Origin: a virus
Direction: 5' to 3' (one strand)
IMG/VR virus record: IMGVR_UViG_3300028563_000018
Location: 8,873 to 72,872 of that record
Length of the DNA stretch: 64,000 nt
Positions 56,744 to 64,000 of the stretch are shown in pieces. Both the position numbers and the translations under genes were made by a program. Positions within the stretch are counted from its first letter, which is position 1. Each line of letters starts with the position of its first letter. A model generated the notes under the pieces. The model was given only the letters and a program-made list of their open reading frames with translations. It was not told the origin of the DNA and did no database searches.

Positions 56744-57195
56744 GACGTGCCCTCCTTGGGCTCGTACTGCGAGTGGGGAACCCACTTCATCTTCTTGTTC
56801 TGCGATTGCCAGAAACCCCAGCGACGTCGGATCGGCCCACGGAACACGAGTGTCCAAACGCCGTTCTTGGAAACGTCGGTGATGACGTGCGAGGTCTCGG
56901 CCTTGCGGTAGTGCGGCCTACCGAAGCCGTGCATGACGCGCTGCGGCGCGTCCATCAACTTCTCGATATACCAGCCCTTCAGAACGATCGAGACGAAGTC
57001 GAAGGGGTGATCGTGCAGCTCGCGCCCGTAGTCGGGGAGGCGGATGTGGTGCAACCGGATCCCGAACTTGCGATTGTTGATGAGGTGATACCGACGCATG
57101 TAGGTCTCGCCGAAGATCACGATGTCGTCGACGCGCGGGCGCTTCACGACGAACTCGCTGTTGGGCGTAGCGCCGCGGTTCGTTACGGAGACCAC
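56740..57195 (-). CDS. cupin-like hypothetical protein
   Basis: LHDHPFDF.SIVLKGWY.E...H...WTLVF.GP..R.WGF. Confidence 0.75.
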   Translation of the reverse strand: MVSVTNRGATPNSEFVVKRPRVDDIVIFGETYMRRYHLINNRKFGIRLHHIRLPDYGRELHDHPFDFVSIVLKGWYIEKLMDAPQRVMHGFGRPHYRKAETSHVITDVSKNGVWTLVFRGPIRRRWGFWQSQNKKMKWVPHSQYEPKEGTS

Positions 57196-57710
57196 GGTTT
57201 CCCGCTGTGCAGAAGTGCAAGACCGTCAGTGACCTTGCCTTCGATGTCGACGATCTCGACGCCCGCCTCGCGGAGCATCATGTCGGCGGTGGAGATGGTG
57301 TCGGTCCAGTCCTTGCCGGGCATCGTGGCGCGCTTCGTCGCGTCGGCGTGGCGAACGAGCTTGATGATCCCGGCCTGGATGATGGCGCGCGCGCAGTCGC
57401 TGCACGCTGCCCACGCCGCGTACATCGTGGCGCCCTTGCAGCGGCGCCCGTGATACGCAGCGTCGAAGATGGCGTTGCGCTCGGCGTGTTCGATGATCTC
57501 GTACTTGAGGGGACGTTCCCAACGCTCGGGGTAGTACTCCACGCCACGCGGGAACTGGTTGCAGCCTCGACCGAGGATCAGTGTTCCGGCGCGGTCGGTG
57601 ATGATCGCTCCGTTCTGTGTACTCGGATCAGGGCTGTTGAGTGCGATCTTGTACGCCTGTGCGAGACGTCGCCGGTTCACATCCTGTTCGACATCTACGT
57701 CAAGTGTCAT
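57183..57710 (-). CDS. dCMP deaminase
   Basis: SPDPSTQ.GA, HAERNAI, CSDCARAIIQAGI. Confidence 0.92.
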   Translation of the reverse strand: MTLDVDVEQDVNRRRLAQAYKIALNSPDPSTQNGAIITDRAGTLILGRGCNQFPRGVEYYPERWERPLKYEIIEHAERNAIFDAAYHGRRCKGATMYAAWAACSDCARAIIQAGIIKLVRHADATKRATMPGKDWTDTISTADMMLREAGVEIVDIEGKVTDGLALLHSGKPWSP

Positions 57711-58804
57711 GCGACCTCTTCGTCGGGGTAGCTCGGCGCGCCGACCTCGAGCCCGGCGTCCAGCCACAGGATTCGTTCGCTCGTCACGCGACCCTTCGCG
57801 GGATCGACGTAGTGCAATCGCTGCGCTGGCGTGCCCGCGCTCGCGACGAACTCCTTCGCGTAGTCGTTGTCGCTCTCGGGCGACGGCGTGATGAAGGCGC
57901 GCCAGCCGTTCGGAAGCTGGATGACGTCCGCGATGTGGAAGTGTCCGAGATACACATCGCCGAAGAAGTCGTTGATCGCCCCTGCGGCCCAGCTTGTGGT
58001 CTTGCGGCGGATCCCGAAGCTCGGCAGGTTCCCTCCGAAGCTCTTGATCTCGTCGCCGTGCGCAAGCATCGCCCGGTAGTTCCCGGCCTTGACGATGTTG
58101 TAGAAGTCCTCAGTCTCGTGCCAGACCAGCCGACCGTCGTCGATGTACTTCTGGAGCACGCCTCGCGCGATCCGGTATGCCATCAAGTCGAGGTTGTCGC
58201 GCGACGGCAGCTCGCCCTTGCGCCCGATGCGACCGTGGTTGCCGTACTCCTCGTAGGCGTGCACGACATCGAAGTTCGCGAGCAGGCGCCGGATCACTTC
58301 TTCGACGATGCGCGCGGCATTGAACAACTGCACGAAGAGGGTGCTATCGACCTGGTACGCCTGGCCCGGAAAGATCGTGATACCTTCGACCATGTCGCCA
58401 CCGAGCAAACAGTGCGCTTCGCGAACCGGGTGGTCCGAGCGTTCGATCTCAGTGATCTGGTCGACCTTGTCCATCATCTGCACAGCGATGCGCTCGTGAG
58501 CGACCTCGCTGTTGTAGGACTTCGTCTCTTTCCCGACCTGCCAATCGGTCGTGTGGAGGAGAGCAACCTCCTCGGACTTCTGTCGGCGGTCACGCACTGG
58601 TCGCGGAACCACCGGCGCGCGTCCCATCGCCATGGCAGCATCCCGAGCGGCCGAGTACACAGCGTGCACAAAGTGCTGAGCTCGCCGCTTCTGGATGGCA
58701 AGTTCTTGCTGTGATCGCCTGAGCGCGTCGCGCAGTTCTGCGACCTCTGGTGATTCCGCCGCCAGACTGCGCGCCAGATCACTCTGCTTTTGTCTCCCCG
58801 CCAC
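57707..58804 (-). CDS. calcineurin-like metallophosphoesterase
   Basis: TDWQVG, GDMVEG, GNHG, HGD, GHFH. Confidence 0.88.
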   Translation of the reverse strand: MAGRQKQSDLARSLAAESPEVAELRDALRRSQQELAIQKRRAQHFVHAVYSAARDAAMAMGRAPVVPRPVRDRRQKSEEVALLHTTDWQVGKETKSYNSEVAHERIAVQMMDKVDQITEIERSDHPVREAHCLLGGDMVEGITIFPGQAYQVDSTLFVQLFNAARIVEEVIRRLLANFDVVHAYEEYGNHGRIGRKGELPSRDNLDLMAYRIARGVLQKYIDDGRLVWHETEDFYNIVKAGNYRAMLAHGDEIKSFGGNLPSFGIRRKTTSWAAGAINDFFGDVYLGHFHIADVIQLPNGWRAFITPSPESDNDYAKEFVASAGTPAQRLHYVDPAKGRVTSERILWLDAGLEVGAPSYPDEEVA

Positions 58805-59061
58805 TACCCCGCCTTTGGCTTGAGGTTCCTTCGTCTCCAGGTGCCGATGGCACCGTCGCTGATCCCATGGCCGGCCGCGGACAGCACATCGGACAGAGCG
58901 CGTTGTGACACGCGATCGGTGTCCTGAAGAGCTTTCTTCAGCTCACGTGCTGCTTCGGGGTCGTCCTGCTCGAGCTTCGCGACGACACGGTCAACGGCAA
59001 GTTCGCCGGTTCCTGCGGCGGTGCGCTTGATTGACTTGAGGCTGTTCGCGATGTCGCTCAT
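58804..59061 (-). CDS. small HTH-like protein
   Basis: ATGA-type coupling; SQRALSDVL...G..IS...I..WRR. Confidence 0.6.
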   Translation of the reverse strand: MSDIANSLKSIKRTAAGTGELAVDRVVAKLEQDDPEAARELKKALQDTDRVSQRALSDVLSAAGHGISDGAIGTWRRRNLKPKAG

Positions 59062-59429
59062 GTCCCAACCTTTTCGTCGTCGGTGTCGTCCCAGACGAAC
59101 TCGCCGTCGGCGCCCACTGGGCGGTGCATCCCGCAGTGCACGCAGTACGTAGACCCGTAGAACCCTGGGTCGCGCGCGTACGTCTCTGCGATCACTTGGT
59201 TCATCGTCGTCAGTGGTCCAAAGAGTCGACCGAGCGCGTCCCGCCTGCCGTGATTGGCCGAGTCGACGGAGCACGCAATGTGCATGTAGGCGCGGCGCAC
59301 TGGACGAACGAAACCCTTCGCTCGCTCCTCTTCAGAAAGAACGAGATACGTCTCGTTCTGTGGGACTGGCGCATCATTCGAGCCATACCCGAGGCGCGGG
59401 TCGCGCGGATCGTCAGTAACGCCGCTCAT
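59058..59429 (-). CDS. hypothetical protein
   Basis: YLVLSEEERAKGFVRPVRR.Y.H...AETYARDP.FYG.TYC..C; GAGG RBS. Confidence 0.75.
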   Translation of the reverse strand: MSGVTDDPRDPRLGYGSNDAPVPQNETYLVLSEEERAKGFVRPVRRAYMHIACSVDSANHGRRDALGRLFGPLTTMNQVIAETYARDPGFYGSTYCVHCGMHRPVGADGEFVWDDTDDEKVGT

Positions 59430-60331
59430 ACCTCTTGCTCCGGCACGTAGCCGACCTTGCCGCCGTCCGTCGCGAAGATGCGGTAACCGGCGTCGCCGTT
59501 CTTGCGCGTGTACGGCTGAAGGCTCGCCACGTGACGGTTGCCCCACGCGGTCCGGTCAGCAGGCGAGGTCATGCCGCCGAAGATCGGTGGGCCACTCGTC
59601 GGGCGCCACACGACGATCGCACTGTCGAGGGCGATCCACGAGCCTTTCCCTTGCGGGTGGGGAAGCACGTCACGGACAGTGTCGAGCGCAGGATCGAACA
59701 TGGGCTTCACCTTGAACGGGGGTTCGGGCGGGACGTAGAGAACTCCGGGAATCTTGTAAGCCGCATTCCAGCCGCGGTTATCCCAGTCGGCGATGAGGCA
59801 TCCCCACGCGCGCCCCATCGCTTCCATGGTTTCGGCGCGCCCGTTGACGATGCCACGACCATCGACGATGTGACCGCCGTCTCGCGTGCCGGGCTCAGCA
59901 CCACGCCCAAGGTTGGAACCTTTCACGGCCCAGTGGGACTGGGTACCGCGCGCGACGTCGAGCGGCAACAGGAGACCGTTGTCGTAGCAGAGACTCGACA
60001 TCACGAACGAGGTCAGGCAGCCGATACTGATCCCCAAGATGTCGAGGCAGTGGCACTGAAGACCTGAGCAGTCGAACGAGTGACACGTACCGCCGCACCT
60101 GTCGCACGTCTGGCTGTATCTCCAGCCGACGAACTGAATCGCCGTGGCGTCGTACTCCTGGGGAGTGACGATCGCCGTACGGGACACCACCGACGCGAAC
60201 GCACGAACATGAGCTCGCGTCGGACGGTGCTCACGCTTCTTGAAGGCAAGGTTGACCGGGTTGCGAGGCCGGTACCTGCCTTGCGGCGACGTGTGACCGA
60301 CGCCAGGGTTTACGAGAAGCTCAGGCCGCAC
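59426..60331 (-). CDS. NlpC/P60 peptidase (putative endolysin)
   Basis: SFDCSGL, GHI, MEA; immediately after the holin-like gene. Confidence 0.75.
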   Translation of the reverse strand: MRPELLVNPGVGHTSPQGRYRPRNPVNLAFKKREHRPTRAHVRAFASVVSRTAIVTPQEYDATAIQFVGWRYSQTCDRCGGTCHSFDCSGLQCHCLDILGISIGCLTSFVMSSLCYDNGLLLPLDVARGTQSHWAVKGSNLGRGAEPGTRDGGHIVDGRGIVNGRAETMEAMGRAWGCLIADWDNRGWNAAYKIPGVLYVPPEPPFKVKPMFDPALDTVRDVLPHPQGKGSWIALDSAIVVWRPTSGPPIFGGMTSPADRTAWGNRHVASLQPYTRKNGDAGYRIFATDGGKVGYVPEQEV

Positions 60332-60335
60332 GTAC

Positions 60336-60656
60336 TCAACCGATGCCGAACCGTGCGCTGGCCTTGTTCACGCCACCTGTGACTCCGGTGGGCTTGAGCA
60401 GGCCGTAGTAGGTCGCGATGGCGATGATGTATGTCACAACGAAGGTGCTTGCGGCGGTCTTCAGGTTCACGACGCCGTTGGCGGTGATGATCCGCTGAAT
60501 CGCTGTAGCGACCAGAGCGAGCGTGAGCGTCAGCACAGACTTCACCGAAGATGAAGCGCTCGACTTGGTGAGCAGTGCGGTCAGGATCGGGATGGCGGTG
60601 GCGACGATGAACGTGAGCACTCCCACGTTCAGGGTGGCGAGGTTCGCTGCGAGCAT
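60336..60656 (-). CDS. holin
   Basis: 106 aa, three TM segments, ..YG..KPTGV tail; GGAG RBS. Confidence 0.75.
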   Translation of the reverse strand: MLAANLATLNVGVLTFIVATAIPILTALLTKSSASSSVKSVLTLTLALVATAIQRIITANGVVNLKTAASTFVVTYIIAIATYYGLLKPTGVTGGVNKASARFGIG

Positions 60657-60718
60657 GTGTGGTCTCCAGTGATCGGGTTGACGATCACCAGCCTGACCAG
60701 CACAGACAGTTATCTTCC

Positions 60719-60739
60719 AGCTCTCAGGTGGATCTTTAT
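60719..60739 (-). promoter_or_regulatory. ATAAAGATCC-N7-AGCT motif, copy C
   Basis: Exact match, upstream of holin/endolysin. Confidence 0.55.
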
Positions 60740-61143
60740 CCGAATTCGGTCGATTGGCTCGCCAACTTCAAGCCAATCTCCTGAATAACCGCCTCAACGG
60801 GCTCGCGTCGACCCTCGGCTGCGTGCTCCAGGAAGCCGTACACGACGCTCAGCGACATCTTGAGCAGGATCGCCAGGTCGAGCGAGGCGAAGTCGGCCAG
60901 TCGGTCGGCGAGAGCATCAAGACCCTCTTCGCTCATTTCAGCTTCGTGCCGAAGCGTGATGAGCTCGACGATGATCCCGGCATACTCGTCAGGCGAGCGC
61001 AGCCCGTCGTTCCAATCGAGTTCATCAGCTATCTCGTCGAGCGCGACCTCGAGTTCATCAGCTATCTCGTCGAGCGCGACCTCAGAGCACTTGCCGTCGC
61101 GGTGTGCGAGCATCAGTTCGCCACACGCGGGGCAGGTGATCAC
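60736..61143 (-). CDS. hypothetical protein with internal 11-aa duplication
   Basis: GTGA coupling; CPAC; EVALDEIADEL twice. Confidence 0.65.
   Translation of the reverse strand: MITCPACGELMLAHRDGKCSEVALDEIADELEVALDEIADELDWNDGLRSPDEYAGIIVELITLRHEAEMSEEGLDALADRLADFASLDLAILLKMSLSVVYGFLEHAAEGRREPVEAVIQEIGLKLASQSTEFG
61018..61083. repeat. perfect 33-bp tandem duplication
   Basis: GAGTTCATCAGCTATCTCGTCGAGCGCGACCTC twice. Confidence 0.95.
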
Positions 61144-61697
61144 GTGACCCCCGAACATCTGAGCGTGCCGCCGGCCCAAGCTGTGATGCCGAACCGTGTT
61201 GCGATGCGCTCTGCAAGTTTCAACTGGACGATCGGTTGAGACTTGCCCGACAAGATGAGTAACGCCACGTCGTGCGGGGCGTTCTCCCAGACGGCCTGGT
61301 CGAGGATGCCGTACGCGGTGGAGTACTCGGAACCCGCGAGCCCGAAATTTCCGCTCGTCTCGCAGGTCGCAATCCTGTCCCACGGGTAACTCTGCGCCAA
61401 CGGCGAGATGTAGTTCAGTTCCCACTGCGCGTAGAAGATCTGGATGTCCCGCAGGTACATGAGGTCGCGCTGGTACTGCGTGAGCGGAGGCGCGACAGGC
61501 CGCGGCTTGTGGTGGTGATGATGCTCGACAGGCCGCGACTTGTGGTGCGCTCTCACAAGCACAGGCCGGAAAGCAACCAACACCCCCGGTGTCGCTCCGG
61601 GCACCTTCCGACCTGCGCTCGCGAACGGTACATCAGAACACGCCGTTGTGATGCCCAAAATCAGGAGAACCAGAACAAGTCTCTTGAGATAGCGCAC
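61140..61697 (-). CDS. Rpf/transglycosylase-like lipoprotein
   Basis: GGAGGT RBS; signal with ITTAC lipobox; WDRIATCETSGN...Q...AER....G..AW. Confidence 0.8.
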   Translation of the reverse strand: MRYLKRLVLVLLILGITTACSDVPFASAGRKVPGATPGVLVAFRPVLVRAHHKSRPVEHHHHHKPRPVAPPLTQYQRDLMYLRDIQIFYAQWELNYISPLAQSYPWDRIATCETSGNFGLAGSEYSTAYGILDQAVWENAPHDVALLILSGKSQPIVQLKLAERIATRFGITAWAGGTLRCSGVT

Positions 61698-61756
61698 ATC
61701 TTTACCTCCGATAGATGAATAGAACCCGCGCAAAAGTCACGCGGTATTGCAGATTT

Positions 61757-62305
61757 CTAGAGAGAAATCACCTTGAACGGCCCAACAACCCGCGAAGAGA
61801 TCCTTTCGGCGATCTCGAGCGCCTTTCGCAGGCGAGTGACTGGGCTCATCGATTTCGGGAGTGCGTACAGCGCCGCGCGCGCCGGCATGCCGCCGGTGCC
61901 GCAAGTGGAGATGCCGTCAGCGTCCTGGTTCATCTGAAGGTCACTCTCGATGCTGTAAAGCTCGCCGTGGTACGCCATGAGCATCTGCGTGCCCGGCATC
62001 TCGTCGACTCCGCTGTCATTTTTCAGGAACCCCGCCTCGCCAAGCTGCGCGCGCAGGTGCGTCATGAAGATGGTGACGAGGAACTGTCGATCCGGCATCG
62101 AGGACGGCTGCTCGGGCGGCACGAACGCGTAGCGCATCAAGTCACCGATACGACCATGACCAGCGCAGCCGAACCCGAACTCGCCATTGCGAAATACCTT
62201 CGGGTCTTTCAGGTGCCAGTGCTCGTCGTTGTCGGTGTCGAACGTGTGAGAGTCGGCGCCCAGCCAGACCCGACCGCCCTGAGCGATGCCAGCGATGCAA
62301 GTCAC
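61757..62305 (-). CDS. HslV/proteasome-like Ntn protease
   Basis: Start M-TCIAG exposes Thr1; GADS, K.F, GCAG, CGTGG. Confidence 0.8.
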   Translation of the reverse strand: MTCIAGIAQGGRVWLGADSHTFDTDNDEHWHLKDPKVFRNGEFGFGCAGHGRIGDLMRYAFVPPEQPSSMPDRQFLVTIFMTHLRAQLGEAGFLKNDSGVDEMPGTQMLMAYHGELYSIESDLQMNQDADGISTCGTGGMPARAALYALPKSMSPVTRLRKALEIAERISSRVVGPFKVISL

Positions 62306-62354
62306 GACAGCGCCCTCATGGATCCAGGGTTGCGCGCGGCTCAAGCATCTCGCT

Positions 62355-62375
62355 AGCTCGTGGGCGGATCTTTAT
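62355..62375 (-). promoter_or_regulatory. ATAAAGATCC-N7-AGCT motif, copy D
   Basis: Exact match, upstream of the Ntn protease gene. Confidence 0.55.
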
Positions 62376-62650
62376 CGCGAGTCGGCGTTTACGAGTCTTT
62401 TACCGATCCACTCGATGACCGGTACCGCGACGGCATTGCCGAGCATCTTGTAGCGAGTGCTATCCGCGAAGCCTGCCGTCCAGTTGTCCGGAAAGCCCTG
62501 GAGCCGTTCGCACTCCAGGGGTGTGAGACGGCGTACGCCCCACGAGTCCATCACGGCGCACCCACCGGACTTTGCGCCAAGAGGAAGACTCGCCTCGTCG
62601 GAAGAAACCGGATCCTGGATGTGGTTGAACGCGATCGCGTGCGCCCGCAT
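62372..62650 (-). pseudogene. C-terminal fragment of a C5-cytosine methyltransferase
   Basis: RRLTPLECERLQGFPD...YKMLGNAVAVPV (motifs IX-X) only; no motif I or IV upstream. Confidence 0.7.
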
Positions 62651-62850
62651 CTTTCTGAACCCCGGATCGTCTCCTCAAGCCCAGCGAGTCTCTCCTTCAT
62701 TGGAATCTTGGCTTTTCGATTGGGAGGTGACGTGTGCTTTCGACAAAGGTCGGGGATCGGGCCGCGAGCGCCAACCGTCACCCAGACTTGACATGTCCGA
62801 CACTGCACCCGATTTGGACGATCCGCTCCCATCCTGGGCCCTTCCCTGAA

Positions 62851-63115
62851 ACCCGTAGATTTTTATCTACGGGTAATCTGCATGTTTTAACGCACAAGCC
62901 GCCACCATGGCGGATCGTAGAAAACTAATTACCTGTAGAACGCGTAGTCTATAGGTACCCCCAACACCCCCATTATCTCTAAGTGTTTCAAAAGGGGGGT
63001 AGTCAAAATCCTCTACAGGTTCTACTAGTTAGTAGTAGTAGTAGGTATATAGGGGGTTATAGGGAAAATAACCCGTAGAAAAACCTGTAGAAACCCGTAG
63101 AAACTTCTTACGGGT
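62851..63115. repeat. ACCYGTAGA iterated and inverted repeat array in an AT-rich region
   Basis: + copies 62851, 62931, 63071, 63083, 63093; - copies 62866, 63012; imperfect 62948 and about 63106. Confidence 0.85.
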
Positions 63116-63354
63116 TCCTTGCTCCTGGATGTCTTTAAAACGGGGCCCCGATCCGGAAATTTTGGTGTGCATCGACGGCCCAAAGAGAGCGCCGGCCTCG
63201 CCGGGGGTGCGCGAAAAAGTGCTCCCAGGTGGTGCTCGAGTCGTCGGATGTGGCGAAAGTTATGCCAAAAATGGGGCGAAGGCGCGCCGATAATCCGACC
63301 TATCGGCGCGATGTCCGGATTTGAGCCCGGGGACCATCGGTGGCGGGGTGCCGA

Positions 63355-63482
63355 TGTCATGTCTTTGACTTGTGCGGGCCGTCGTTTGTCACATCAGGTT
63401 GTGTCATGTTGTGTTAGATAGCTCGAGACATCGTCATGATGTGACAATGTGACAAATGTTGTGTCATCGTTCCATGCGTCAT
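63355..63482. repeat. cluster of YGTCAY/GTGACA boxes
   Basis: Copies at 63355, 63387, 63402, 63432, 63441(-), 63449(-), 63462, 63477. Confidence 0.6.
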
Positions 63483-63515
63483 TTTTCAAGACATCGCCGA
63501 TCGGCCGATTTTCGG

Positions 63516-63547
63516 TATTGACACGGTAGGCCTACCGTGTTTCAATA
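63516..63547 (+). promoter_or_regulatory. SigA-like promoter with a 20-bp palindrome
   Basis: TTGACA 63518, 17-nt spacer, imperfect -10 TTCAAT; ACACGGTAGGCCTACCGTGT 63521-63540. Confidence 0.6.
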
Positions 63548-63552
63548 TCTTT

Positions 63553-63753
63553 ATGAGCACCGCACCGCACCTAATCATCCCCACCGGATGGCCGCGCACG
63601 CACCCCGCACGCGTGCTGGCCGACGCCATTGCGACCGATGACGCCACCGCGATCACCTACGTGTGGGCAGGGATGGCGCCATCAGCACGCAACCGTATGG
63701 TCGCGCTGAACCCCGCCGTACTGGCCGACCGCGACCGATTCCCGACCCGCTGA
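63553..63753 (+). CDS. hypothetical protein, probably leaderless
   Basis: ATG 6 nt after the putative -10; no RBS. Confidence 0.55.
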   Translation: MSTAPHLIIPTGWPRTHPARVLADAIATDDATAITYVWAGMAPSARNRMVALNPAVLADRDRFPTR

Positions 63754-63850
63754 GCGCTCAGCGTTGCCGACCTACACCACGTAGATCGGCACCGGTGCGC
63801 ACATCAGCACACCACTACCCAAACCCGACCTGAACAGGGAGCAACACACA

Positions 63851-64000
63851 ATGAGCAACCGCCGAAATCAAACCCGCGACCCGCAAACGCCCGACACGCC
63901 TAGCGCGGCCGATCAACTGGCCGCGGCGCCCGAGCAGGAAATGCCCGCGACCGCGGGAGCGATCACTGTCGAATCCCGCGACGAAAACGCCGCGGTGGAA
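63851..64000 (+). CDS. hypothetical protein (3' truncated)
   Basis: GGGAG RBS; open to the window end. Confidence 0.55.
   Translation, partial: MSNRRNQTRDPQTPDTPSAADQLAAAPEQEMPATAGAITVESRDENAAVE

Noticed and set aside
62851-63482. Repeat clusters as a CRISPR array
   Set aside because: Units are 6-10 nt, irregularly spaced and in both orientations
1-64000. tRNA genes, introns, inteins, reverse transcriptase/DGR
   Set aside because: No cloverleaf, splicing or RT motifs found by eye; tRNAscan-SE and HMM searches are needed to exclude them formally

Overview
This window is most of the genome of a GC-rich tailed phage, with no host genes visible. Three WhiB genes and an Rpf-like lipoprotein point to an Actinomycetota host. 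The long tape measure and absence of a sheath gene suggest siphovirus morphology, and the integrase, excisionase and intact-looking attP suggest a temperate lifestyle. Layout: (1) 1-21.4 kb, + strand: RIIB-like protein, Xer-like recombinase, SSB-like protein, SNF2 helicase, oligoribonuclease, sliding clamp, RusA, N6/N4 methylase, RecB-like nuclease, then a glycosylation cassette. (2) 21.4-49.1 kb, - strand: the virion operon from terminase to minor tail proteins, with enzyme-tipped fibres encoded between capsid and neck genes. (3) 49.5-53.6 kb: primase, helicase, xis, int and attP. (4) 54-62.6 kb, - strand: lysis, nucleotide-metabolism and envelope genes, including GH114, Rpf-like and HslV-like proteins. 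(5) 62.8-64 kb: a repeat-rich control region. The most notable unexplained signal is a 5-copy structured leader: a covarying stem, a near-invariant CUGCCGGCAA(A)GCG loop and an AACCCAC(A/G)G tail. In four copies it sits directly on the ribosome-binding site, including those of the major capsid, major tail and SSB-like genes. It co-occurs with a Mu Com-like zinc-finger gene and a repeated AAAGAYCC-N7-AGCT DNA motif. All calls come from reading motifs by eye; no database searches or folding programs were run.
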